A stretch of 64,000 nucleotides of DNA. Origin: a virus. Taxonomy: Duplodnaviria > Caudoviricetes. Position 1 is the first letter of the stretch, and every line of letters starts with the position of its first letter. Below, one piece after another: positions 9,350 to 18,123 of this stretch. The position numbers were made by a program, and so were the translations under genes. The notes under the pieces are model-generated. The model was not told where the DNA came from. It was given only the letters and a program-made list of their open reading frames with translations, and searched no databases. Location of the stretch: positions 2,295 to 66,294 of the IMG/VR virus record IMGVR_UViG_3300027744_000019; one strand, 5' to 3'.

Positions 9350-12300
9350 ATGAAAAAAAGAGTCAAAGTATATAAAGCAGAAAATGGCCAAGGTGCCTAT
9401 ATGAGCAACCTTGCTAAATTTATGCAAAAAGCTCAGATGGGTGGTCAACCTACTATGGAACAAATGAGTTATCCAGGGGATCAACAAGGTCAAGAAGGTC
9501 AGCAAATGGACCAGGATCAAGTAATCAATATGATTGCTATGGATATTACTAATGGTAGACCAAAGGAAGAAACTATGGCTAAACTTACAAATATTGTAGG
9601 TTTAGATTTTCAAACAGCAGACCAATTCTTTGAAGGTGTAAGAGCACAAATTAATAATAGAGAAGAAGAAGTAGAAGAAGAATCTGTTGAAGAAGAAGCT
9701 ACTCCTCCAGATCCTTCAGGCAATCTAGAAACTGTTGAAAAACAAGAAGAGGAAGAAGGTCCTTCTAATAATGATATTGCTTATCAAGATGCTTTAAATG
9801 ATGATTCAGATGAAGCTGTTATGGAAGGTGATGTTGAAGGCATGTTTCAAATGGGTGGTGATGTAAGTGAAGATTTTGGTGATGAGTATCCAGTTACTCT
9901 TCCAGATGTTTCTGCTTATCTTCCTTCTGATATGTATAACTTTTGGGATCCACAAAACCCAGCTGCACAAATTGCTTTTAGTGATCAGATGTATATGAAT
10001 CCTACACAACAAGAAGTTGATAGTTCATATACAGAAATGCCGGAAGAACCACAAATGGCTAAGTACGGTGGTTATAAGAAAGAAAAGAAAACTTATGTTA
10101 ATGCTATTCTAAAAGCAAATAGAAAGCAGATGGGTGGAGATGCTGTATCTGAAGAATCAGAAGCAGACGCTACAGGTCAAAATTATAGAACAGCAAAGCT
10201 TAAAGGTTTTGTTGGTATACTCAAAAATAATGCTACAGAATCTTTATTAAGAGAACAAGCTGAACAACAGTTTGATCAAATGATGCAGATGGGTGGAATG
10301 GAACAAGATGTTGAAAATCCCATGCACCATCTTGAAGCATTTTCTAATGCTACTGGTAATATCTTTAATGAAGATATGAATCAAATTGCTATGGCACAGC
10401 GCGGTGGTTTTTTACAAAGACTTAGAGATAGAAATCAGCAAGCACCAAACATGGGCTTTATGCAACGTAGAGGTTTTATGAATCCTATGATGCCTATTGA
10501 ATCAATTGATGTAAGAAGATCTGGTAGATTGTTTGGTAGACCAAAAGAATATACTGTAACTTTTGGACCTCCAACATTACCTGGTGGAGCTAATGGTGCA
10601 TATCCTGGTGCATTTTATGGATATGGTGCAGGGTATTCTGGAGTACCTGGTACAACAAAAAAAGTTACTACAAAAGGAACTATAATTAATGAAGCTGCAA
10701 AAACAGTAAATCAAGAAGCATCTAAAGAAGTAGCTAAAAATACTCCAGAGTCTGAGGCTACACAAAAGTCTGCAGAATCTACAAATCAAGCTGAAGGTAC
10801 TACAACTACAAATACAGGAGGAGGTGGTGGTAGTGCTACTACAACAACTAATCAAACTCAACAACCAGTTGCACCTAAAGTAATTACTAAGCCAGTAGTT
10901 ACATCTAATGTAAAAAGAGACAAATGGGGAAGACCAGAAGGAGATAAATGGTATGGCTTTAATCCTGCAACTAAAAGGTATGAAGCCGGACCTAATGTTA
11001 AACCATTAGACTTTAGAACAGTAAATGCTACTCCAGGATTATCTAATGTACAACAAGGTGTTCAAAGCTTTGTTGCACCTAAGTCTAGAGATGAAGCAAT
11101 TGCTGTTAATCAACAGTATTTTGAAAATCAAAGAGCTAACTGGTTACAGCCACAAGGAATGCTTGTTGATGTGAATGCTAATCCAATCGGTAAAGTTACT
11201 GAAGAAGATGTAAAGAGAGCAAAACAAAATGTTGCTATTAAACAAGAAGCTGATAAAGTTAAAAAAGGTGACACAAGTGGTTTATCTAATACTCAGATTA
11301 TAGCCTTAAGACTTAACTATAGCCGTCCTGGTGAAGCTGCTAAATTAAAAAAATCTAATCCTTCTCTTTATAAAACATTATTTGGTCAAGAAGAAGGTGG
11401 GGTAGTGGACTTTGATCAACTTCAAAATATGGAGTATCTACAAAGATTTATATATGGGGGCAATGAAGATCCTTCTCTATCATATATTAATCAAGCAGAT
11501 ATGGACTATACTAATTCTAAAGATGTTACTGATCCTTATTTCCAATATGGTGGAGTAAATCAAATTACAGGAATTAGAGATGATAGAGGTCAACAAATGC
11601 AAGGATATGTAAGACCAGATGGTACTTATATAAAAGATATTACTGTTAATAAAACAGGAATGTTTGGTAGACCAAAACAATACAGTGTTACCTATGGTCT
11701 TTCTAGTGAAGGAAAAAATCCTACAGCTGCACAGTTTAGTTTAAACAAACCAGCTGATGGTAAAGATGCGGATACTAAAAAAGAAACTCCACCACAAGCC
11801 TCTACTACCAATACTGATACTAGAACTAATACAGAAGGTTTAGACTTTAAATCAGCAAGAGCTATTAGAAAAGGTGAAAGACAAACGGCTAGACAAACAG
11901 CAAGAGGAGAAAGAAAATTTGGAAATGCAGAAGAAGCAGCTCAACAATATTATAGAGATAATCCAATGGAAACAATACCTACAAGAAAGGTAGGTAGAAT
12001 TGAAGCTAATCCTTTACAGCCAATGCCTCTTGGAAAGTTACCAAGTAGAGTTGATATGCCACAACGCAATTTTGTTTCTCAAAATCCAATGGAAGTTGAA
12101 AGACAGAGAAATCTAGAATTGTTTAATACTTATATGAGTCCTGGTCGTTATTCACCACAATTAACTGCTAATCAGTTAGAAGACTTTAGTACTCTGTCTC
12201 AAAATCCTTCTGGTTTACCGGATTATGGATCTATGCCACAAACACGTCCTAATATTTATAGAGAAAGGCAATCTACTGAACCATCAGGCACTAGTTATGA

Positions 12301-13018
12301 AAATTATTTAGATTTCTATAATAGTGGTTATCCTACAGAACCAGGAATGGCTAAAGAAGCTCCTCTTACAAGAGAACAATTTTTTAATTGGGCTGGTCGT
12401 TATGATGATGGTGGTTTTATTGGAGCTAATCCTGTGGTATATACAGATAACCCAGCTCTTGTTGGCCAGTCAAATGTAGATATGATTACATTAAATCCTG
12501 GTATTCAAGGTGCACAAGGTCAAGTTAATTGGGCTGACTTAAATAATAATAGAGGATTTAATTTAAATCAACCTCAACAATATACACAAGATCCTAATCA
12601 AATTAATAGTGATCAAGCTCAAAGAGCATACTCAGGTGATGTTACTGTAGATGTAAGAAATAGATTATCTAATGATCAGTTACAAGCAGGAATGAATCTT
12701 GCTAATGCAGGCATTAGAGGTATTACTGGAATGAAGAACAAAATGGATGATGCCAGAATTGCTCAAGATTTCTATGATAATTTTACTTCAGATAATATTT
12801 ATGCTTCTGATCCAAGTAAAGATGTAGGAGACTATTCAGAAGCTGGACTATACCAACCAAGTGCGCAAGGTCAAGTATGGGGTAGTAGATCTAAACAATA
12901 TGGTGGTGACATTTCTTTTGGAGAAGATCCAGATTATGTTGAGGGAGATGAAGTCTATATGACAGATGATGAGATCAGACAATATATGGCCAATGGTGGT
13001 CAAGTAGAATATCTATAA
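9350..13018 (+). CDS. Putative virion cargo protein (acidic, Q/M/G-rich, about 12 xxGG motifs)
   Basis: 1222-aa ORF in the structural block. It has an internal repeat (FGRPKEYTVTFG / FGRPKQYSVTYG) and shares DKWGR..WYGFNP and a C-terminal motif with the upstream gene. Confidence 0.6.
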   Translation: MKKRVKVYKAENGQGAYMSNLAKFMQKAQMGGQPTMEQMSYPGDQQGQEGQQMDQDQVINMIAMDITNGRPKEETMAKLTNIVGLDFQTADQFFEGVRAQINNREEEVEEESVEEEATPPDPSGNLETVEKQEEEEGPSNNDIAYQDALNDDSDEAVMEGDVEGMFQMGGDVSEDFGDEYPVTLPDVSAYLPSDMYNFWDPQNPAAQIAFSDQMYMNPTQQEVDSSYTEMPEEPQMAKYGGYKKEKKTYVNAILKANRKQMGGDAVSEESEADATGQNYRTAKLKGFVGILKNNATESLLREQAEQQFDQMMQMGGMEQDVENPMHHLEAFSNATGNIFNEDMNQIAMAQRGGFLQRLRDRNQQAPNMGFMQRRGFMNPMMPIESIDVRRSGRLFGRPKEYTVTFGPPTLPGGANGAYPGAFYGYGAGYSGVPGTTKKVTTKGTIINEAAKTVNQEASKEVAKNTPESEATQKSAESTNQAEGTTTTNTGGGGGSATTTTNQTQQPVAPKVITKPVVTSNVKRDKWGRPEGDKWYGFNPATKRYEAGPNVKPLDFRTVNATPGLSNVQQGVQSFVAPKSRDEAIAVNQQYFENQRANWLQPQGMLVDVNANPIGKVTEEDVKRAKQNVAIKQEADKVKKGDTSGLSNTQIIALRLNYSRPGEAAKLKKSNPSLYKTLFGQEEGGVVDFDQLQNMEYLQRFIYGGNEDPSLSYINQADMDYTNSKDVTDPYFQYGGVNQITGIRDDRGQQMQGYVRPDGTYIKDITVNKTGMFGRPKQYSVTYGLSSEGKNPTAAQFSLNKPADGKDADTKKETPPQASTTNTDTRTNTEGLDFKSARAIRKGERQTARQTARGERKFGNAEEAAQQYYRDNPMETIPTRKVGRIEANPLQPMPLGKLPSRVDMPQRNFVSQNPMEVERQRNLELFNTYMSPGRYSPQLTANQLEDFSTLSQNPSGLPDYGSMPQTRPNIYRERQSTEPSGTSYENYLDFYNSGYPTEPGMAKEAPLTREQFFNWAGRYDDGGFIGANPVVYTDNPALVGQSNVDMITLNPGIQGAQGQVNWADLNNNRGFNLNQPQQYTQDPNQINSDQAQRAYSGDVTVDVRNRLSNDQLQAGMNLANAGIRGITGMKNKMDDARIAQDFYDNFTSDNIYASDPSKDVGDYSEAGLYQPSAQGQVWGSRSKQYGGDISFGEDPDYVEGDEVYMTDDEIRQYMANGGQVEYL

Positions 13019-13027
13019 CTTTGTAAC

Positions 13028-15226
13028 ATGTTAAGAAAAGTTAGAATTAAAGCAGTTCCTAAAGCAAGAACTGGATATCAAGTACAAGGCTCTTTAGCAA
13101 ATGATGTACCTGCCTTTGGTGGTGCAGACTATAACGCATATATTGGTGCTCCTAGAACTGAAGTTTCTAGAACATTAACTGCTGTACCTAGAGAGGTAGC
13201 AAACTTAGAAGCAGAAGGTGGAGAAACTGTAGTAGGGGATCTTGATGGTAGCACAATGCCATCATTTAAAACTATTGTAGGTCCTCGTCACTCTCAAGGT
13301 GGTGTACCATTAGCTTTGCCGGATGATAGCTTTATCTTTAGTGATACAAAGTCTATGGGGATTTCTGATCCTAAGATTTTAAAAATGTTTAATAAGTCTG
13401 CTAAGAAAGGTGGTTATACACCGGCAGAGCTTTCTAAACAATATGATATCAATAAATACAGAAAGATACTTCAAGATCCTAACTCAGATAAGATTTCTAG
13501 GAATACTGCTGAGATAATGATTAAGAACTATGTAATGAAATTAGGTGCATTAGCTCTTGCTCAAGAATCTAAGAAAGGTTTTCCACAAGGTATTCCACTT
13601 ATTGCTCAACCTTACATGGAAGCAAATAAGATTGCTGAAGAAGATCTTATTCCAGAACTTGCAGCACAAAAAGAGCAAGAAGCACAAATGATGCAGGCTC
13701 AACAACAAATGCCTCAAGAGCAAATGGCTCCACAAACTATGCCTGATGGACAACCTATTGCAATGCCACAAGAAGGTGCTGGAATGATGCAAGATCCTTC
13801 AATGATGAGTGCACCTCAAGAGATGGCTCCTCCTTCACCAGAGATGATGCAACAAGCTCCAATGGCAGCATATGGTATGGAGATGGGTGGTTTCTATCCT
13901 GAATATGCTTTTGGTGGTTATTATCAAAAAGGTGGAAGTAAAGCTAGACCCAAAACAAAAGAAGAGTTAGAAAAAGATATTGCTTCTGGTAAAGTAAAAC
14001 CTGAAAGAGTAAAAACATTACCAGATGGTACAACAGAAATTACAACAAAAGACGGTAAAAAAGTTTATGCAATAGGTACTGTTGAAGAACAAGAAGAAGA
14101 TTTTAGTAACATTAAAAAATCAAAAGTTACTAATCTTGCAACAGATAAAGAAAAATACGAAAGAGATATTTGTGCAAAAATTAAAGCTTCAAAAAAACCA
14201 ATTGCATATGCAATTGCAAAAGGATGGATTTCTGCAGCAAGAGCAGGTGAATTTGCAGGATGTGTAAGTGCAGAAGCATCTGCAAAAAAAGAAACTTTAC
14301 AAGTTTTTGATTTAGAAGAAACACCTTCAACTATCCCAGGTAAGAAAAAGTGTAAATGTACTGATCCTACAACTGGAGAAGTTAAAATCTTTGAAATAGA
14401 AAAAGAAGAAGAATGTATCTGTGAGTCTGAAGAAACTACAGAAGGTTCTTCTTTTCAAGCAGCTCCTCAAAGAAATGCTGAATTCTGGCAACAAGATATA
14501 ATTAATGCTGCTGGAGCTTTTGGTGATAGAATGGGATTAAGAAAAAGAAATGCTTGGGAACCAAGGGCAGACTTAGAAGAACCAAGACCAACATTTAAAG
14601 ATCAAACACAAAGACAAGCTCAAGGTGCTGCTGCTGCTAATATTGCTTCACAAGCTACTGCTCAATTTGCTGGACCACAAAATACTGCTAGACTAATGGC
14701 AATTCAAGGTCAACGTGCACAGGATGCTTCTAATGTTAGTAGTCAATTTGATAATGAAAATGTGGGTATTGCAAATCAGTTTGAAGCAAATCAGGTTGGT
14801 GTAAGAAATCAAGAGGCAGCAATGAATCAACAAATTGCTGCTAGATTGTATGATAAAAATATTATTGGACAACAACAGTTTGATAATGCTAAAAGACAAG
14901 CTGCTGCTAATATGCGTCAAGCATACAATACAGCACTTACAAATAAATGGAAGACAGATGCATTAAACCAAATGTATCCTAATTATCAAGTGGATCCACT
15001 ATCTGGAGGTAGAGTACAATATACTCCAACACCAAAAACAGTAACTCCAAATAAAGCCTCTCAAGATGATATTGAATATATCAGAGATTTAGAAAAAGCT
15101 GGACTTTCAAAAGATGCAATTTCAGCTGCAGTTAAAGCAAGATTTGCTACTAAAAAGTTCGGTGGACCAACAATGTTTGAAGACGGAGGATTTATTTATA
15201 CAGTGTTTCCAGCTGTAACTCTCTAA
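13028..15226 (+). CDS. Putative crAss-like virion cargo protein
   Basis: 732 aa. The N-terminal motif NLEAEGGE...GPRHSQGGVP...FIFSD resembles conserved crAss-like cargo proteins. It has an M/Q/P-rich linker and a Q/A/N-rich helical C-terminal half. Confidence 0.6.
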   Translation: MLRKVRIKAVPKARTGYQVQGSLANDVPAFGGADYNAYIGAPRTEVSRTLTAVPREVANLEAEGGETVVGDLDGSTMPSFKTIVGPRHSQGGVPLALPDDSFIFSDTKSMGISDPKILKMFNKSAKKGGYTPAELSKQYDINKYRKILQDPNSDKISRNTAEIMIKNYVMKLGALALAQESKKGFPQGIPLIAQPYMEANKIAEEDLIPELAAQKEQEAQMMQAQQQMPQEQMAPQTMPDGQPIAMPQEGAGMMQDPSMMSAPQEMAPPSPEMMQQAPMAAYGMEMGGFYPEYAFGGYYQKGGSKARPKTKEELEKDIASGKVKPERVKTLPDGTTEITTKDGKKVYAIGTVEEQEEDFSNIKKSKVTNLATDKEKYERDICAKIKASKKPIAYAIAKGWISAARAGEFAGCVSAEASAKKETLQVFDLEETPSTIPGKKKCKCTDPTTGEVKIFEIEKEEECICESEETTEGSSFQAAPQRNAEFWQQDIINAAGAFGDRMGLRKRNAWEPRADLEEPRPTFKDQTQRQAQGAAAANIASQATAQFAGPQNTARLMAIQGQRAQDASNVSSQFDNENVGIANQFEANQVGVRNQEAAMNQQIAARLYDKNIIGQQQFDNAKRQAAANMRQAYNTALTNKWKTDALNQMYPNYQVDPLSGGRVQYTPTPKTVTPNKASQDDIEYIRDLEKAGLSKDAISAAVKARFATKKFGGPTMFEDGGFIYTVFPAVTL

Positions 15227-15234
15227 CAATAAAC

Positions 15235-15281
15235 TTTTTAAGTTTACTAAACTTAAAAAATTTTGATATATTTATAATATA
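15235..15281 (+). promoter_or_regulatory. Putative late promoter (AAGTTTA-N20-TATATTTA) within a perfect 11-bp inverted repeat
   Basis: TTTTTAAGTTT-ACT-AAACTTAAAAA at 15235-15259, AAGTTTA at 15240-15246 and TATATTTA at 15267-15274. Spacing is identical to the 9299/9326 copy. Confidence 0.55.
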
Positions 15282-15294
15282 GAAGAAAGAACTT

Positions 15295-18123
15295 ATGGCA
15301 ACTTACCTACAGGGTGTCACGGATTATATACCACAGTTTCAGCCTTTTCAGCCTGACTTAAACTTCTATGGTAATATAATGCAAACAAAGCAAACCCAGT
15401 ATGACAATAACTGGAAAGCTTTAAATGACATGTACGGCAAATATTATTACGCTGATCTTACAAGACAGAGTAACGTAACTAATAGGGACCAATATATTAA
15501 AAATGCAGAGTTTAATCTACAGAGAGTTTCTCAGATGGATTTATCTCTAGAGCAAAATGCAAATCAAGCACTACAGGTTTTCAAACCATTTTATGAAGAT
15601 AAGAATCTCATAAAAGATATGGTTTGGACAAAGAACTTTAACTCTGAAATGAGTAGAGCAGAAGCTCTTAAAGGTTCTTCAGATCCAGAAAGAAATAAGC
15701 AATACTGGAGTACTGGTGTAGCAGCTATGCAATATCTTAAAGAAGAATTTAAGAATGTAGATGATGCTAAGGCTTCTTCATTTGGTAATGTAGCATATAC
15801 TCCATTTGTAGATGTTCAAGAAAAGGCTATGGATATTGCTAAAGACTTTGGAGATATTGAGTCTGCAAACTTTAGTAAAGATGGTAGATGGATTATCAAA
15901 TCTAAAAATGGTCAGCAACTTGAAGAACCATTGACTAAGTTATTTGAATCCAGATTAGGTAATGACCCTGCTGTACAGGAGATGTATAAGACACAGGCAT
16001 ATGTAGACAGAAAGACATATGCTAAAACTAATGCTGCTCAGTTTAATGGAGATGAGAATGCTGCAGAGATGAAGTATTTAGAGAATCAGTTTACTGTTCT
16101 CAAAGCACAAAACAATCTACGGTACATGCAACTCCAAGAGAATCAAGGTACGTATGATACAAGAATAGCAGATATTCAAAAGCAAATAGATAATGGTACC
16201 GCAGGTCCAGATGCTAAGATGCAACTTGAAGCTCTTAAAATGAACAAAGACATTAATGGTCAAGTTCTTGATAGAGCTAAGAAAGAAAATGATTTACTTA
16301 ATGGTGGTCAAGTAGATAATGCTGCTGGCTCTAATGGGTTTAAAAATCCTTATGGTGATATTGAGTCGCTAAGATATAAAGTAGATAGTGGTGTTGCTTC
16401 TTCATTAATGCAAAAATCATTAGGTGAAGCAGCTCATGTTCTTGCTTATAGAAACTCTAAAGTAGATCTTGATGCAAATATCTATAAGGTAAATGAGGAG
16501 AAGTTCCAACAGAATGCCGCACTTACTAAGATGCGTATTCAAGGAGCTAAAGAAGTTGCAATGCTTAAAGAAAACATGGCAGCTAAAAGAGAAGCTGACA
16601 AAGCAAGAGTTGCGGCAGGTACTCACTACTATGATGAAAATAATCAAGCTACTGCTTATGAAGATCAAAAGAACTTCTTTGTAATTAAGAATGCTAAAGG
16701 ATCCGCAACAGATAAACAGAATGTTATTGGTCTTAGCCGTGATATGGTTAAGATGAAAACTACTGATGCTGCAATGCCTTGGGCTAAGACTACAGTTAGC
16801 ACATTGTTTGAATTGTATAACAACGGTAAAATCTCAAAACAAAAATTAAATGAGATCTTACACTATGACAAGAATCCAAACATTAGTCTTACTGAATTCA
16901 ACAAGAAACTACAAAACAATCCTGTAGCTTTCTTAACCAGAGAAGTTGGAACAAAAGATCTTGAAAACATTAAGGATAGATATGACAACTGGATTAGATC
17001 TAATTCACAGTTATCTGAACTTAAAAGAGGTGATAGAGCTAAGCAAATTGTAGCTTCTAATGTTGAGTTTCAGGATTATATCAACTATGTAAAAGAAGAT
17101 AAAGCTTGGAGACAAGAATCTACTAAAGCTGTTGAAAGACAACTTATGAAAGGTGGATACGGAGATGCTGCATTCTTATATGACCAATCAGGTACACTTA
17201 GAAGTGAGAAAGAATTTAAAGCTGCTGTTTTTAATAAAACAGGTAGAAGCGCAAATGTTGACTATAAAGATATGTTAACTGCAGCTGATGAAGCTTGGAG
17301 ATCTGAAAAAGTTGTAAGAAAACCTGTTGTAGGTTTATCAGAATTTTATACAAAAGGTACTGGTGTATTTTCTGAAGGTGCAACAGCTCTTCAAATTAAT
17401 CCAAGAAGTTCATATGGTAGAAAATACTATGGTGAAGTTTATAATGATTTAAGAAACTTAGACTTTGGTGATACAACTAAAGTAAGATCTTCTTTCCAAG
17501 GTTATTCTAAATCAAACTGGGAACAAGTCGGTGGAGCTAAAAATGCTAAGACAGCTGCATTGTTGTCTCAGTTACAAGCAGACATGAACTCACCTAAATC
17601 AAAAGTTGGAACATTTACATTAGGTGTTGCACCAGTTGCAACAGGTAGTACAAAAAGAGCTGCTATAATAATTAAGCCAACAAATGAATGGCTTAAGCAA
17701 TATGTATCTACAGATAAAGATCAAAAGAATAATTTGCTTACTCAACAAGAAGCACAGGCAATCTTAAAGAATGGTATTAACATTATGACGGATGCTAAGT
17801 CTATGAATAATAGTATGTACAATGCTTCCTTTAAAGATCCACTCTCTGCATATGTAGATTCAAAAGGTAAATATACTTACTCAGACCCACTAGATAGTAG
17901 ATTTAGAATTGATATTACAAAGAATGAATTTGGTACAGGAGACTATACAGTAACTACACAGTATCCAGTTTGGAATCCTGAAACTAATAAATATGTGTTA
18001 ACTACAATGACAGAGACTCAAACTCAATTTGGTAACAATCTTACTTCAAATAGAAATGAGCTGGCATTTGACTATTTTGATCAAGTAAAACTAACAAATC
18101 AATATTATTATAATGGCCAGTGA
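15295..18123 (+). CDS. Putative virion/ejection protein
   Basis: 942 aa with N-terminus YIPQFQPFQPDLNFY...KQTQYD, of a kind I recognise from crAss-like structural blocks. Mostly predicted helical. Confidence 0.55.
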   Translation: MATYLQGVTDYIPQFQPFQPDLNFYGNIMQTKQTQYDNNWKALNDMYGKYYYADLTRQSNVTNRDQYIKNAEFNLQRVSQMDLSLEQNANQALQVFKPFYEDKNLIKDMVWTKNFNSEMSRAEALKGSSDPERNKQYWSTGVAAMQYLKEEFKNVDDAKASSFGNVAYTPFVDVQEKAMDIAKDFGDIESANFSKDGRWIIKSKNGQQLEEPLTKLFESRLGNDPAVQEMYKTQAYVDRKTYAKTNAAQFNGDENAAEMKYLENQFTVLKAQNNLRYMQLQENQGTYDTRIADIQKQIDNGTAGPDAKMQLEALKMNKDINGQVLDRAKKENDLLNGGQVDNAAGSNGFKNPYGDIESLRYKVDSGVASSLMQKSLGEAAHVLAYRNSKVDLDANIYKVNEEKFQQNAALTKMRIQGAKEVAMLKENMAAKREADKARVAAGTHYYDENNQATAYEDQKNFFVIKNAKGSATDKQNVIGLSRDMVKMKTTDAAMPWAKTTVSTLFELYNNGKISKQKLNEILHYDKNPNISLTEFNKKLQNNPVAFLTREVGTKDLENIKDRYDNWIRSNSQLSELKRGDRAKQIVASNVEFQDYINYVKEDKAWRQESTKAVERQLMKGGYGDAAFLYDQSGTLRSEKEFKAAVFNKTGRSANVDYKDMLTAADEAWRSEKVVRKPVVGLSEFYTKGTGVFSEGATALQINPRSSYGRKYYGEVYNDLRNLDFGDTTKVRSSFQGYSKSNWEQVGGAKNAKTAALLSQLQADMNSPKSKVGTFTLGVAPVATGSTKRAAIIIKPTNEWLKQYVSTDKDQKNNLLTQQEAQAILKNGINIMTDAKSMNNSMYNASFKDPLSAYVDSKGKYTYSDPLDSRFRIDITKNEFGTGDYTVTTQYPVWNPETNKYVLTTMTETQTQFGNNLTSNRNELAFDYFDQVKLTNQYYYNGQ

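Noticed and set aside
9272-9520. 82-aa minus-strand ORF spanning the 9291-9350 spacer
   Set aside because: It overlaps two + strand genes and the putative promoter, and has no recognisable features.
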